A stretch of DNA of 64,000 bases from Octopus bimaculoides (taxonomy: Eukaryota). Below are positions 38,844 to 52,284 of this stretch, piece after piece. Position numbers and translations under genes: made by a program. The notes under the pieces were generated by a model. That model was not told where the DNA came from. It was given only the letters and a program-made list of their open reading frames with translations, and made no database searches. Within the stretch, counting starts at the first letter, position 1; every line of letters begins with the position of its first letter. The DNA lies in the NCBI RefSeq assembly GCF_001194135.2, contig NC_068986.1:23671123-23735122 (forward strand), given 5' to 3'.

Positions 38844-39156
38844 TGTGAGTGAGTAAGTGAGTGAGTGAGTGAGTGAACATTATAGCATCTCGTTTCCAAA
38901 TTTCTAGCTGAGTGTAGAGCTTCACGGTGCTGTTTTTTCTCACAGACAGTGCCCAACTGACACTACTATATTGTGTAGTAAAAAAAAATCATAAAGATGC
39001 AATGCGCCTGCGCGAAATTAAAAGTATAAAATGGTGACAATTTACTCCTCGCACACCGTATATATAGACACACACACACACATACATACATACAAACATA
39101 CATACATATGCATATATATATATATATACATACACACACTCGCGCTCACACATGAA

Positions 39157-39425
39157 GGCGCATGGCTCAGTGATGAGAGCTTCTTAAACAAGAAACTATT
39201 TCACGTTACCTTAGTCCAGTTCATTCTGCTGTAGAAATGAGTTGCGACGTTACTGGTGCCAAGGTGTATCGGCTTTTGTCTTTCGCTTCGATAACCTCAT
39301 TGGACTGGAGAGGGGAAGGCTGGTATGCATGGACGACTGTTACATCTTCCATAAAGGACCTTGCCCGGACTTGTGCCTCAGAGGAGAACTGTCTAGGTGC
39401 AATCTCATGGTCATTCATAACCGAA
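39157..39425 (+). mobile_element. Unclassified SINE-like element (E) with a truncated tRNA head
   Basis: Starts ggcgcatggctcagtg (A-box-like) and continues with agtccagttcattctgctgtagaaatgagttgcgacg, similar to the family D core. The remainder is unique in this window. Confidence 0.45.
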
Positions 39426-39465
39426 CATATATGTATGTATGTAAGTATGTATGTATGTATGTATG

Positions 39466-39512
<47 letters not shown>

Positions 39513-39869
39513 GTGTATATANNNNNNNNNNNNNNNNNNNNNNNNNNNNNNNNNNNNNNNNNNNNNNNNNNNNNNNNNNNNNNNNNNNNNNNNNNNNNNN
39601 NNNNNNNNNNNNNNNNNNNNNNNNNNNNNNNNNNNNNNNNNNNNNNNNNNNNNNNNNNNNNNNNNNNNNNNNNNNNNNNNNNNNNNNNNNNNNNNNNNNN
39701 NNNNNNNNNNNNNNNNNNNNNNNNNNNNNNNNNNNNNNNNNNNNNNNNNNNNNNNNNNNNNNNNNNNNNNNNNNNNNNNNNNNNNNNNNNNNNNNNNNNN
39801 NNNNNNNNNNNNNNNNNNNNNNNNNNNNNNNNNNNNNNNNNNNNNNNNNNNNNNNNNNNNNNNNNNNNN

Positions 39870-40310
39870 CGTCGGTCGGATCAACTGGAACCCTCGACGT
39901 CGTAAGCGACCGAGTGCCAACTATAATTAAAATAATGGAGGCGGAATGGCCCAGTGGACTCGCGGTCATAGGATCGCGGTTTCGATTCCCAAACCGGGCG
40001 TTGTGAGTGTTTATTGAGCGAAAACACCTAAAGTTCCACAAGGCTCCGGCGGGGGATGGTGGCGAACCCTGCTGTACTCTTTCACCACAACTTTCTCTTT
40101 CTTCCTGCTTCTGTTGTGCTTGTAATTCAAAGAGTCAGCCTTGTCACACTGTGTCACGCTGAATATCCCCGAAAACTACGTTAAGAGTACACGTGTCTGT
40201 GAAGTACTCAGCCACTTGCACGTTAATTTCACGAGCAGGCTGTTCCGTCGGTCGGATCAACTGGAACCCTCGACGTCGTAAGCGACCGAGTGCCAACTAT
40301 AATTAAAATA
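39870..40310 (+). mobile_element. SINE family A (39936-40297) preceded by a duplicate of its own 3' end and flank
   Basis: Alignable to 20773-21154 with a 12-nt deletion in the tRNA head. 39870-39934 is identical to 40246-40310. Confidence 0.9.
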
Positions 40311-42801
40311 GAGGGCGCATATTGCGTCTACTTGCTGGAAAGAATCCACCAAATTACGCTGAAATACAAAGGCTGGCCCAAAAGTAGGTTTACAGTTATT
40401 CAACTACCCCTTTCGCATTGATTATTAACAGTTTAGATCTTAATTAAAAAACAAATATGAAACGATTATTCTATGCTAATTTAGCTAATTTTGTCAAGCT
40501 CCGTTTTCAGTTTGTAAGATAGAGTATTAGATGTAATAAAATGTTTTAGAAGAAATTTAGAGAGCCTACGTGATATCTGTAAACCTACTTTTGGGCCACA
40601 GACTAAGCTATGCGCCTTGTGTTGCATTTATACTTAATTATAATTATAAATTTCATTGCTAACAACCACTTATATTTTTGTTGTTATTATTATTATCGGT
40701 TATTTAAATTTACCGTCGATAATAATAACAATAAAAATATCTTGATAACCATATATTGATAACCATTAGAATATTTACTTATATATGTATTATACACTGA
40801 AGTCGTTATTGAATTTGCGCGGGACAGTTCAGTAGCGACACAGTCTCCAACGAGGTCAGCTCGTTTCCCTCATTTGGCAATATTTACTGTGGAGAGTTAA
40901 GGCTTTAGCCAGAACTCGAAATCATGATATAAACATATCCATTTCTTCATTCTATAGCTATGGTCTCTGATGATTCTGCGGAATCCTTACTCACTAGCCC
41001 GATTTCTATTGATCTGTTGTATATTTCAGAGTAATTCAGTTGTTTGCTTGAGGCTTTCGCTTCTCTATCCAGCAAGTAGGTATGTTATGCGCGCACTCTA
41101 TTGTAATTATATATATATATACTTATAAAACGTGAAATTATTTTAGCCTAGAAGCACAAAGCCTTTTTTTGAAGAAGGAAACTGTGATACAATTTACGAG
41201 CGGTGACGCAGCTGCTAGTTTTTAGTCTGCAATTGTACAATTATAATTTCTCTGTGCTGTTTCTTCCCTGTTTCTATTATACTGCGTTTTAACGGGCAAT
41301 TAATTCATGTTATGTCGTTGTAATAACAACAGCCATGATTCTCGTTTCACTGTCGCTACTACTTCTCGTATGACAAAGATGTGCTTCAATACGAGAGGAG
41401 CGTCAGTGTTGGAAAAGATTTGTTCTTTGTTAATTGAGAATATTACTGACTGCAGGTTTACGACCAATCACATTACTGATAAATGAATCAGCGAAATTGT
41501 TTGTAATATTATTTGAAATAATTAATTATGCTTTAGGAACATCCTGAGGTGAATGAAAAAAAAATCACACATAGCAAAAATGCTTCTAATCTGTTTAAGC
41601 ACTAAGTAGCTAGTAACACATTTTTGCTTTTCGCTTTTCATAAATCGTACCAAGTTGAATTAAATGAAAATTTTAATTTGGTTAATTCTAGAAATCCCAA
41701 TACGGTGCGTGGACTTTTAAATTAAATTTATTTCTATGCGTGTAAACAGATATAATTTAATTTAATTTCAAGAAGTTTCACTTTGTCAGTGAAAGTGCTT
41801 CTTACATATAACGCACAGCAATGAGAGAAGTATAGCTTCAAGAGTTACAATCTAATCCATTACGACTTAAATCTTAACGATTCTTAGCGTAGCTCTAGTT
41901 TTGAGTCATTGAAATATTGTGTGGGCGATTATACTTGTATACGATATACAACCAATCCTGAAGCAAAGCTGACAGGATATATTCAAAGTTGATATTCAAC
42001 GTATTTCTATAGTGACCAAATTTGCATCTACTTTTGGCATTCCTTTATGAAAGGGTTTCTTGGTGAAACTTAAATGTATATAAATATTGATAGATATATC
42101 AAATTTATATTGCTCTGATTTGGTTCTTATTCTAAGATTCTGGTCTTAACTATTTCCTGTTTTGAAAACGCGTACACAAGCAAACATAAAGAACTGAGAA
42201 CAAAGATGTAGTGAGAAACAATCCAAAAGAAATACACATAATTATATAGAAGAAAATGTTAGAGGTTTTCTGGTACGTAATCTTCATAAGCAGTTGCCTG
42301 TATCAAGGATTTGTTATTCACGCAAATGTTTGGCGAATGTAGTGTTTACGCGACAGCTTATATTCACATCAATGGACAAAATATTAAACATAGTCATCAA
42401 CCAGTGTACGACCCAGAATATGGTTGTATCTTTTCGTCTGTTGTTCCTAAGTATAAAGATGTTTTTATTGTTGAGGCTTTCTTGAAAACTATACTGTCAA
42501 AGCTTAATGCAACAAGATAGTTCTATACTCATTGTAATATATTTTCGAATTCTCTTTCTTGAGGAGAAGGGTATGATGTACATGATCATATCAGGTATTG
42601 TGTGGTGTCATCAGTGCAAGAGTATTATTTTCTCCGTTTCAACCATCGGATTGCGGCCATACTAGTTTGGTACTCATTTTAACCATTTTACTTTACCGGA
42701 CTTTAAGGTACAAGGGTGTAAACAAACCACTACCGATTATCAATCATAGAGGCAAACATACACATAGATAAAAACATACAAATACACACATACACACTCA
42801 C

Positions 42802-42855
<54 letters not shown>

Positions 42856-42861
42856 AACTGC

Positions 42862-43078
42862 GCCCTTTTTAAAGCCTAGCCAGGCACATGGGCCCAGTTT
42901 CCCGGTTTCTATGGCGTATGTGTTCCCCAACTGGACGGGACGCCAGTCCATCGCAGCGTTACTCATTTTTGACAGCTGAGTGAACTGGAGCAACGAGAAA
43001 TGATGTGTTTTGCTCAAGAATACAATGCATCGCCCGGTCCAGGTATCGAAACCACAATCTTACGATCATGATGCTGAC
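42862..43078 (-). mobile_element. SINE family D
   Basis: Minus strand: gtggtttcgatacctggaccgg...ttgagcaaaacac...ctccagttcactcagctg..aaaatgagtaac..gcgatggactggcgtcccgtccag...gaaaccgggaaactgggccc. Confidence 0.8.
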
Positions 43079-43089
43079 ANNNNNNNNNN

Positions 43090-43129
<40 letters not shown>

Positions 43130-43138
43130 TGATGGTTA

Positions 43139-43347
43139 AGCGACGAGCTGGTAGTATAGTTAGCACGCTGGACGAAGTGCTTAGCGTCATTTCGCCCGTC
43201 GCTACGTTCTGATTTCAAATTCTGCCGAGGTCGACTTTGCATTTCATCCTCTCGGGGGTCGATGAAATAAATAACAGTTACGCACTGGAGTCGATAAAAT
43301 CTACTATCTCCTGGCCCAAAATTTCTGACTTTGTGCCTATAGTAGAT
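43139..43347 (+). mobile_element. SINE family B
   Basis: gcgacgagctggtag...gccgaggtcgactttgcatttcatcctctcggggtcgat...ctttgtgcctatagtaga. Confidence 0.85.
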
Positions 43348-43802
43348 ATGTATATATATGACAATCTTCCTGTTGTCTCCTTATACCAAATTCACTCACA
43401 AGTTATTGACCACTTCGGGACTATAGTGAAGGACATTTGCTGAAGGTATCGCACTCTGTGATTGAACACGGTACTAGGATGTAGTGTGTTGCTAGTACAT
43501 TTTAGAACAAATTAATTTATTGAAAGTTCAAAATATCAAGTCGATTTTATTTGAAGATACTAGAAACTAGTTAGATACTAAGGTGACCTAAAGTTAATGT
43601 GGACCCACTGCAAATACCGTCTCCAAATGCTCTTATTAGAATATGCCCTCTTATCAACCCAATATTCGATTATCAATAATTGGTTTTGGAGATAGTAATG
43701 TATAGCAGTTAATTAGTTAAGCTTCATGTATTCACTTGCAAAAATTTAGTAAACTTACATTTTCATGCTTGACAGAATATTTTTATTTATATATTTATTT
43801 GC

Positions 43803-43849
<47 letters not shown>

Positions 43850-45082
43850 TAGTATCATCGGTGGAAGGACATGGTCGAATGAATAATTTGTAAACCGATA
43901 AATTACTCTGAATTTCGTCTACCCTCAATATTGATAGGAAACACTGATACCACCGAGTTCCTCCAAACACGAATTATCGAAAAACAATTACATTCAAAAG
44001 GCATGTCAAATGGCATCTATGAATAAATCAATTACACCAAAAATCATATATGTCTAAATACAATCTCTATTAATATACCACCCACTTACTTCATAATCTT
44101 ACTGGAGTTATTGCTGCTACTTTACCTACGTATATCGTTACGCTTACGCAGAACTGATCGCTGCTACCTTGCGAATTGTTCATAACAACCATTATTGTAT
44201 CTCTATTCCTCGACTTTCCTCAGTTCATTCTCTACTCGTCTTCTAATTTACTCGTCTAATCCTATTCTTCTCTTTTTCTCTACACTTCTCTTACTAACCC
44301 ACTACACGATCTCTTATTTAAAATTCTATCCCAACCTGTTTCACCTTGATCTTAAACATTGCCTTAATCCATACAAGCATTTACACCCAGCTGCAGTTAT
44401 CCTTACTAAGACCCTATCTTCTAGTCACATCTTTAACTTTTGACCCCTTCCCAAAAGTGTATGTCATGATTTCCACACTGCCTCTTAAGCTACCTCAATA
44501 CTTCAGCCTTTCCCCTCCCAGTCCCTCCAAGAGTCTCATGTCAGCCGATTTCTTCACTCTAACCCGTTCTATGCTCTACACCCGACTTCTTTCTTCCACC
44601 TACTCCCCACTGTTTGCACAGACCGTCTCGCATTTTATCCAGTAACTCAGGCAACGTCCATTTCAATTACTCATCCAGACCGAGGAACACAAACTACGCT
44701 CACTCATCCATGCCTTCTCGAACACCACATTCCTGTTCCTATCCCTTTCAATCATTGTGCATTCACACATCTTGCTCGTCCCAAAATTGTCACTCCCTAT
44801 TATCTGACCTACTTCTTCCTGAAGATGAACGATCCCTTCTCTCTTGAGACTTCCGCTTCATATCTCTCACAACTTGTGGTGATGCCTTTCAAACCCGCAG
44901 TGAAATCGAACAATTCCAACGAACAATTACCATGACACTTCCGCTAAGTCCCATACATTTCCAGATAACTTGAATAGGATCTTCAACCCCTAGTTATCGC
45001 CTTTCCCTCCCACGGTCAGGATAGTTACCACAATTATCACCTCTTCCAACTCCTTCTCTTTCCACTAAGCTCCTTCTAATCC

Positions 45083-45306
45083 TTATCTTATTTCTTTACT
45101 GCCCACAAGGGGCTACACACAGAGGGAGACAAACGGATAAAGTCAATTATATCGATCCCAGTGCGTAACTGGTACTTATTTAATCGACCCCGAAAGGATG
45201 AAAGGCAAAGTCGACCTCGGCGGAATTTGAACTCAGAACGTAGCGGCAGACGAAATACCGCTAAGCAGTTCGCCCGGTGTGCTAACGTTTCTGCCAGCTC
45301 GCCGCT
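45083..45306 (-). mobile_element. SINE family B with the alternative tail, full length
   Basis: Ends in ttctgccagctcgccgc (head, reverse-complemented); core atcgaccccgaaaggatgaaaggcaaagtcgacctcggcggaatttgaactcagaacg. Confidence 0.9.
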
Positions 45307-46685
45307 TATCTACTCCGGATATACACCTATGTACAATCATGCTACATGATGATTGTCGTCTTGCCTTCAAGTAATTCTTAGACCGTTGCAATATTCTTGA
45401 GTCCAGTAACTCTAATCGTCTAAGGTTTGTCCTTAATTGTTTTTCAACGGCGAATTTTACCAGCACGTCACTTTGGCATAGTGATTACAAGTAGGATACG
45501 CTCTAGCTATGCTAAACTTTTTTTTGTTGGTAACGTCTAGCCGCAAGCCATTGCACAGTCCATTGGTCCTCCTGAAGTATGTAATAGGCACATATGTTTC
45601 TGCCTCTCACGCCTATACCATATTCACCATCTTCATCAACACCGTCTTCATCAACACCAATGAGTTCATTTCCATTATCTCCTCCTTCCCTGTCAATTTC
45701 TTTGACATAAGTGTCATAGTTGGTCACCAAACCGCAGGAGTTAGAAATAACCAGAATTATGGAATTAAAAGCATTTAAATGTCCTCATTATGGTTGGCGC
45801 TGTGGGAATAGTTAAAATGTATGAAAATTTATAAGATTAAAAACTGAAATCACAAGACTTATAAACATATAACAATACTTCTCTAGATTGTTCATACATT
45901 TCGTATAACAATTTCACTGAAATATATTTCTCAAATGATAAAAGTTTGCAGGTTTCCAAGTCACAGGTATATAAGTATAGATTTATACTGAAAGCATACA
46001 ATTAAAACATGCAATATTTCTGAAAGCCTGCAATATTTCTACCGAAATAATATTAAATTTAACCGTTATCCGTAGATGCTGGGCTATTGGTATCAAATGG
46101 CAGAAAATGAACTCCAGCCGTGTTCTTCCATATTCTTACGACACTAACACCGTAATCCGATAAACATGTCTGAAATACCGAAGTACGTTAAGTAATAAAT
46201 AACGAAACGACAACTAATATAGAATTACATTAACAAATTCGTTGAAAGACGATAATCTAACTTGCATGTTCGTTCTCACTCTTTCTTTTCATTGCCTCTT
46301 CCATCATCATCGCTTATTCCAGCTGTTCTTATCTCTAGAGCTTTCTTCATTTTCTCAATCAGTCACTTTGCATGACATTTTCCTTTCGTTTCTTTTCATT
46401 CCTTTCTATCTTCATATCATTACTTGTATTTTATCTCAACCGTACATTTTCTTTTTCTTTTACTTAACATTTTTCACAAGCCGAAAGTTTCTGCAACAAT
46501 ATTTTCAACATCTCCCAGCATCATATTTCTTCTTTTCCCTCTCACATAATCTATCTTCTCCACTTGGAAACATTGCAGTCCATGTACAGTAATTACTTTG
46601 GACACTTGGGAAAGACTGAATATACAACTGTTGTTCTTCTTTTCTTCATAACAATTTAATAATAATAAACCTAATAATAATAATG

Positions 46686-46755
<70 letters not shown>

Positions 46756-46760
46756 TAATA

Positions 46761-47187
46761 AACGTATCTGTCAAGACCTACCAAAAACTGAGCAAATATA
46801 AAGATCTTGAAATAGAAATTAGCAAAATGTGGAATCTGAAGACGAAAACGATACCTATTGTCATAGGTGCCCTGGGAATGACAGCGAAACGGGCTGATTA
46901 CTACCTAGCTCAGATACCAGGAAACCTCAAAATGGCTGAAGTTCAAAAGATAGTGCTCATGGGAACTGCCCATATCCTACGTAAAATACTGTCTATGCGA
47001 TCTCAAATTTTAAAACAAACATAATTTTCTTATGGTTTCTTAAACATTCACTAGAACAAAACTGTACAAATCCAAATATATGGTACCCTAGGCATAACAC
47101 CTACATGAACTTCTAACTTGTCTCTTGAGGTCTCTGGGTGAGACTTGGATCCAACTTGTACAAATGCAAAACAAAAGTCAAACATAA

Positions 47188-47188
<1 letters not shown>
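46761..47188 (+). mobile_element. 5'-truncated R4/Dong-type RLE LINE inserted within (TAA)n
   Basis: Open frame VSVKTYQKLSKYKDLEIEISKMWNLKTKTIPIVIGALGMTAKRADYYLAQIPGNLKMAEVQKIVLMGTAHILRKILSM plus about 165 bp of 3' UTR. Long TAA tracts lie at 46657-46760 and 47189-47260. Confidence 0.9.
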
Positions 47189-47235
<47 letters not shown>

Positions 47236-47278
47236 TATAAATATAATAATAAAAATGCAATAATAATGATAACGATAA

Positions 47279-48310
47279 GATTAATGAATTGAAAGATTTG
47301 TGAACTAGGAAACTTAGAAAAACAAGAAAACTATTAACAGCTTATCTAAGTCACCACCCCAAAGCAGACACAGACAGAATATATATTTACCCTACTCAGA
47401 GGGAGGTCGCCGCCTGACAGAGATAGAAAACTGTGTAAAATAACAACAGTTGAGCTTGAAAAATACCTGGACGACTACTACATGTAATAAAACGAGACGC
47501 AAAAGAAAAAAAAAGAGAAAAAGTGAAAAGAAAGCGCATTTTTCGATACACAAGGAGGCGACAAAATACAATACTCAAACAAACTACGTTGAAACGCTGA
47601 TCTCAAATGACAACGCGGCAGAATTGGACAAAGAAACAATGACGTGAAAACAGAACTACAAAACATACTAAAGAAGAAATGGAGAGAAAAATCACTCCAT
47701 GACCAATAATCTGCAAGGCTGGAAAGAGAAGAAGTGAGCCTAAGTAAAAGTCAACAACGGCTCAAAAGCTCTGGGCTAAAAGCAGAAACCGATGGACTGA
47801 TTCTCTCCGCACAAGACGAATTCCTGATCACAAACAACAGTAAAAGCAAAACAATGAAAACTGGCCCTGAGACCAACTTCAGAATGTGCAACCAGCACAA
47901 TGTGACAGTTAACCACGTTATCTCTGGCTGTCCAATCTTTGCCAAATCTGAACATTTATACAGATATGGCAGTGTAAGGAGTTATATCCACAGGTCAATA
48001 TGCCAAAACTGCAACATGAAACCTAACAAGTAGATGACTGCGACCATGTCACAGTCACTTGGGATATGCCTATTCAAACTGGCAAACAAGTCAAAGCTAA
48101 TCGCCTTGATATAATAATCAAGGATTGGTAAGAAAAAACACACCTGCTTACTGATCCACATTGCAGTCCCTTCTGACCAAAATATTGCCGAAAGAGAAGT
48201 GGAGAAATTGTCAATTTACAAAGATCTCGAAATTGAAGTATTCAAGATGTGGGGCATGAAGGTGAAAACAATACCAGTAGTAACTGGAGCATTTGGTATA
48301 ATAAAATAAA
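47279..48310 (+). mobile_element. Decayed R4/Dong-type LINE ORF: RT C-terminus, CCHC finger, RLE endonuclease
   Basis: Fragments across frameshifts: TRKLLT..HHPKADTDRIY..EGGR; WREKSLH; LKSSGLKAETDGLILSAQD; (C>F)RMCNQHNVTVNHVISGC; WDMPIQTGKQVKANRLDIIIKD; IAVPSDQNIAEREVEKLSIYKDLEIEVFKMWGMKVKTIPVVTGAFG. Confidence 0.9.
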
Positions 48311-49447
48311 ACGTATGAACGAGTTCGCTCACATAAAATATCTGACTGACCAAGCTGTCATCGTATTTTCTATCTAAATCCGAACTGTTTTAAGGCATTA
48401 GTTATCGGTATTAACGCCATTTGAAAAGGAGCTCAATGTATACTATATGAATATTTTTCCTTAACCCGCGTGGTGTTAGCTTAAACAATTCGATGTAGCC
48501 TGCATTTGCGGCATTGCAGTTAGCTTGTTTATATCTCATGCTTCTGCTAACTAAAATATGCTATACTCAGACTCTTCGTTTATCTACTATAGTCATGGGT
48601 AGAGTCTTGTTTAGATGTACATGATCATTTCCTCCAAACAAATCTTTACAGCATTTCTGATTTTCTGGATTAATTTTTTTATTTTTACAGGAGTTTAGTA
48701 CCTGTAATATTGCTGCTACGAAACCTTAGGCTCCAAAATATCAGGTTATGTTTGGCAGTGCTTTCGCTGTCCACTCTTCTCTCCCAAACTTCTACTCTTC
48801 TTTCTGTTAGCCCTTCATTGATTGCAATTCTACTTTGAACTGCTCTAGAACTATTTGTTTTGTTCAAAGACTCACTGATGCTTTTCTATGCAAGCGGTTC
48901 CTTTGCGAAAATCACCTGTTTCAGGCATTCCTGATTTCGGATACTTCTAATTTTTGTGATATTATATTTGTAATATTTGTCTCTGCATATTTATTTCAGT
49001 TTGTGTCGTTCTGTTGTTGATTTCATAGAAAAATGAGAACTTTTTTCACATTTTCAAACTGTTCCATATGTTTGTTCCTCATGCTGTTTACATTGCATTT
49101 ATTATGAGTAGATTTAAAGGAATACCGACATTTCTCTGTAATTAAAATAGCTGCTGCTTAAAAATTGACTATTCAAATTCATTTATTGTTTTCATTGAAT
49201 TAGTGGTTGCCAGGTTTACAATGCTTTACTGTTTTTGCTATGATACTCTTGGGTTTTATAGTAAGTGCATTCCTTAATTTGTCAGTTGGATGATCTTTTA
49301 TTAATTTTTTAATTCTTTAATCGTCATTCCCTTTTACTTACAATCGCATTTGTTTTCCATCGATTCGATTTTTGTGGGTGGCCAATCTTCAGATGCTTCC
49401 AAATTTGGCTTTGCTACTGTTGTTATTACTATTAGTGGTACGACTAC

Positions 49448-49485
<38 letters not shown>

Positions 49486-50398
49486 GTTCATAACAAAACA
49501 CGCAATCAAAAGAGTTTCCGCTTAGAAGACGTTATTTTCTAATTCAATTCAAATATCTATTCAATTCATTGAAGGAAACTTCATACCTAACATTGCTTTT
49601 ATGTGTGCATATATTTTCGATATGTGGCGACTTGAAAATGGCCACCTTAATGGCTATCAGAAGTATACGATCACAGTCGTGGTCGGAGATTTAATGGCGA
49701 AAAAGTTATAACTCCTTCGCAGTGGATGTTAGGATAGATTACATAAGTGTTAAACATAAACAAACACTCGACAAGGTAGATTCTATCATAAGTGTGTTCT
49801 TGGATAGATGAAACAAAGAATGAATCGTCTATGAGACTGGTATAATCAGCTAAAACTCTCCCTCCTATATTGTGACTTTGCTCTAGGTTTAAGAATTTCT
49901 AATATTTATAATTTTAACAATAGGGTTTTCTATACGGTAGCTTGGCTTCTTCAAACAGCAGGTGAGAAGGAAATTCTGAATATTAATTTAACGCGATCAT
50001 TATAACCAGAAAGGAGACGAGATTAAAATGGTTAGAAGAAATGCCTAACCAGGATCCATGTGGACTCAACCAGGCTCCATGTGGTTCTTAAGTGTTTATA
50101 TAAAATTTTGTTACTAAAATTTATTTGTAAAAAAATTGGTTGCACTTCTACAATACACGATCTATTTTAATAATTTTTTTTTTACACATTTCATTCTAGT
50201 ATATAATTATAAACATATAAAATGATTGTTAAACACTGAATGGCTACAGGAATCCATTCGAGTAAAAGGGGGATGAAAGAGGTTCATAGGTTAAAAATAG
50301 TTAGAAGAAATGTCTTAGATCATGATTTTGCTAGATCAGAGAATACCATGGCTTAGTCAGGAAGCTACAGAATAGTCCAAGTTTAATTCAAGACGTTA

Positions 50399-50529
50399 AA
50401 GTATTGTCTCCTATTTTATTGCACTGAACATAATCCTCCACTACCATTTGTCTCTTTGTTTGCTTGAACATACTCAACTCAGTTTTAAGCATTTGTTGAC
50501 AAGTTATTTGTTGACAAGATATTTGTAGA
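50399..50529 (+). repeat. Direct repeat, copy 1 (partner at 52169-52284)
   Basis: aagtattgtctcctattttattgcactg...gatatttgtaga is nearly identical in both copies; copy 1 carries an extra 15-bp internal duplication. Confidence 0.9.
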
Positions 50530-50724
50530 CAAAATACCTCGCAGTATTTAGTTTTAGAGTTTAATATTTTGAGTTCAAATACAGCCATGGTCAACTTTTC
50601 TTTTTCCTCTTCCGGGGTTAATAAAATAATTTACAAGTCAAAGTACAGTCATCGATTACACCGTCTCATGAAATCTACAGCCTTGAGCAAATGTTAGGAA
50701 GAACCATGACATTAAGTTGTTGTT

Positions 50725-51000
50725 TGATCGAATGGCTGAGACATTTGCCTCGCAATCAGAAACTATCGGGTTCGATTCCACTGTGTGGCATCTTAGACAG
50801 ATGCTTTTTATCTTCCTTGAATCGCCTCAACACTTGTTATTGAAACTAGAATGATAGAAACTGTGGAAGCCCATTGGATGGATGGTATTTATAATCTAAA
50901 TATGAAACTTTGTCACACTGCATCACGCTGTCTGTCTCATGGTTACACTAAGGGTACATATATCTGCGGAATACTCAGCTTCTTACTCACTAATTCAATG
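50725..51000 (+). mobile_element. Old SINE 'F': family C-like head plus family A-like tail
   Basis: gggttcgattccactgtgtggcatcttagacagatg...gaaactgtggaagccc (C-like), then ctttgtcacactgcatcacgctg...taagggtaca...ggaatactcagc (A-like). Confidence 0.55.
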
Positions 51001-52168
51001 AATACTGAATAATTATCTTCGAAACCAATGGAAAGCCAAGCCAATAAAGTATAATTAAACAATATCCTTTAATTTCGATATGTTCTTATTCGACTTCAAC
51101 ATAAAATGAAATTATTGGGAACATTAGAAAACTTTATGATGCCTAAAAGCTGTATCTTTGTACAGCAAATTTTATAGTGAGTTATTTTCAATTTTCTGGG
51201 TCAGCTGATATTTATTCTGTTGCAGTTGTTAAATAGCTCTTTACCTCTGCAAGGCTACAAAAAAAAAAAACAAAAAAAAAACAGAACTAATTATCTTAAT
51301 GGAATTTACCATTTATTCTTTATCAGCTCCCCACTACACTGCTGATAGTATTTCTAAAGACAAAATACATAAAAATAAAAACAAAAATATACAACGAACC
51401 AACATGTAGCCAGCCGTCAAGCCGGCCAACCAAGCGTTCATTATTAAAATATAACGTTTCCCAATTTTCTCATTCAAAAACGACATATTTGAACACTTTT
51501 ATTTCTATTTTGAATTTCTATTCTAACATGTATATTTATTTATTCTTAACGTGCTAAAATAAAACTCATTATTAAACAAATTTATTGCTGGTTATTTATA
51601 TATGCCAATTTATATTCTCGGTGAAACTGGCAATAAAACATAAAACATTATATGTTATGATTTACAGTGTCGCGTTTAGTGATTCCCGTTTGTGAATCCA
51701 AAAGTAGTCAGCCTTCAGTTTAACTTTCTGCACGAAAGACTTTTCTTTTTATATTTTGTTGTCAATAAAATAAATTCAATGCTGACAATTGTAAAATTTG
51801 AAAAGTTCCAAAATGTAAATGTTTTCTCTCATGAAACATTAACAGTGTGTATAAAACCCAGCAATACACTTCCCTTAAATAGTATTGCTCTACATTTCCT
51901 TCCTGGTTAGTTTTCAGATTATAAAGTGTATATTACAAATTTTTATTCCTCTTCAGCACATCTCTCTCGTCATATTTCTTCTCCTCAAGTAAGCAAGTTT
52001 ACTTGGACGCAAGCATGAATATTTAGTAAAGAGATTTGCTCAGTAGCAACTCGATTACCTGTTTGACCCTTTTAGGCGGCAACATTGATGAAAAGTATTT
52101 TAGTTTCGGATTGACTCAAAGCCTTACGAATGAAATATTGGTTGGCAAAAGTTAGAGGGAGCCCATCG

Positions 52169-52284
52169 AAGTATTGTCTCCTATTTTATTGCACTGAACA
52201 TAATCCTCCACTACCATTTGTCTCTTTGTTTGCTTGAACAAACTCAACTCAGTTTTAAGCATTTGTTGACAAGATATTTGTAGA
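52169..52284 (+). repeat. Direct repeat, copy 2 (partner at 50399-50529)
   Basis: See copy 1. Confidence 0.9.

Noticed and set aside
44130-44850. Pyrimidine-rich stretch possibly a decayed minus-strand LINE (GVREG resembling GVRQG)
   Set aside because: Only a five-residue resemblance amid many stops; unsupported without a search.
48600-49000. Minus-strand coding-looking stretch with scattered stops
   Set aside because: No recognisable family motif and no splice signals.
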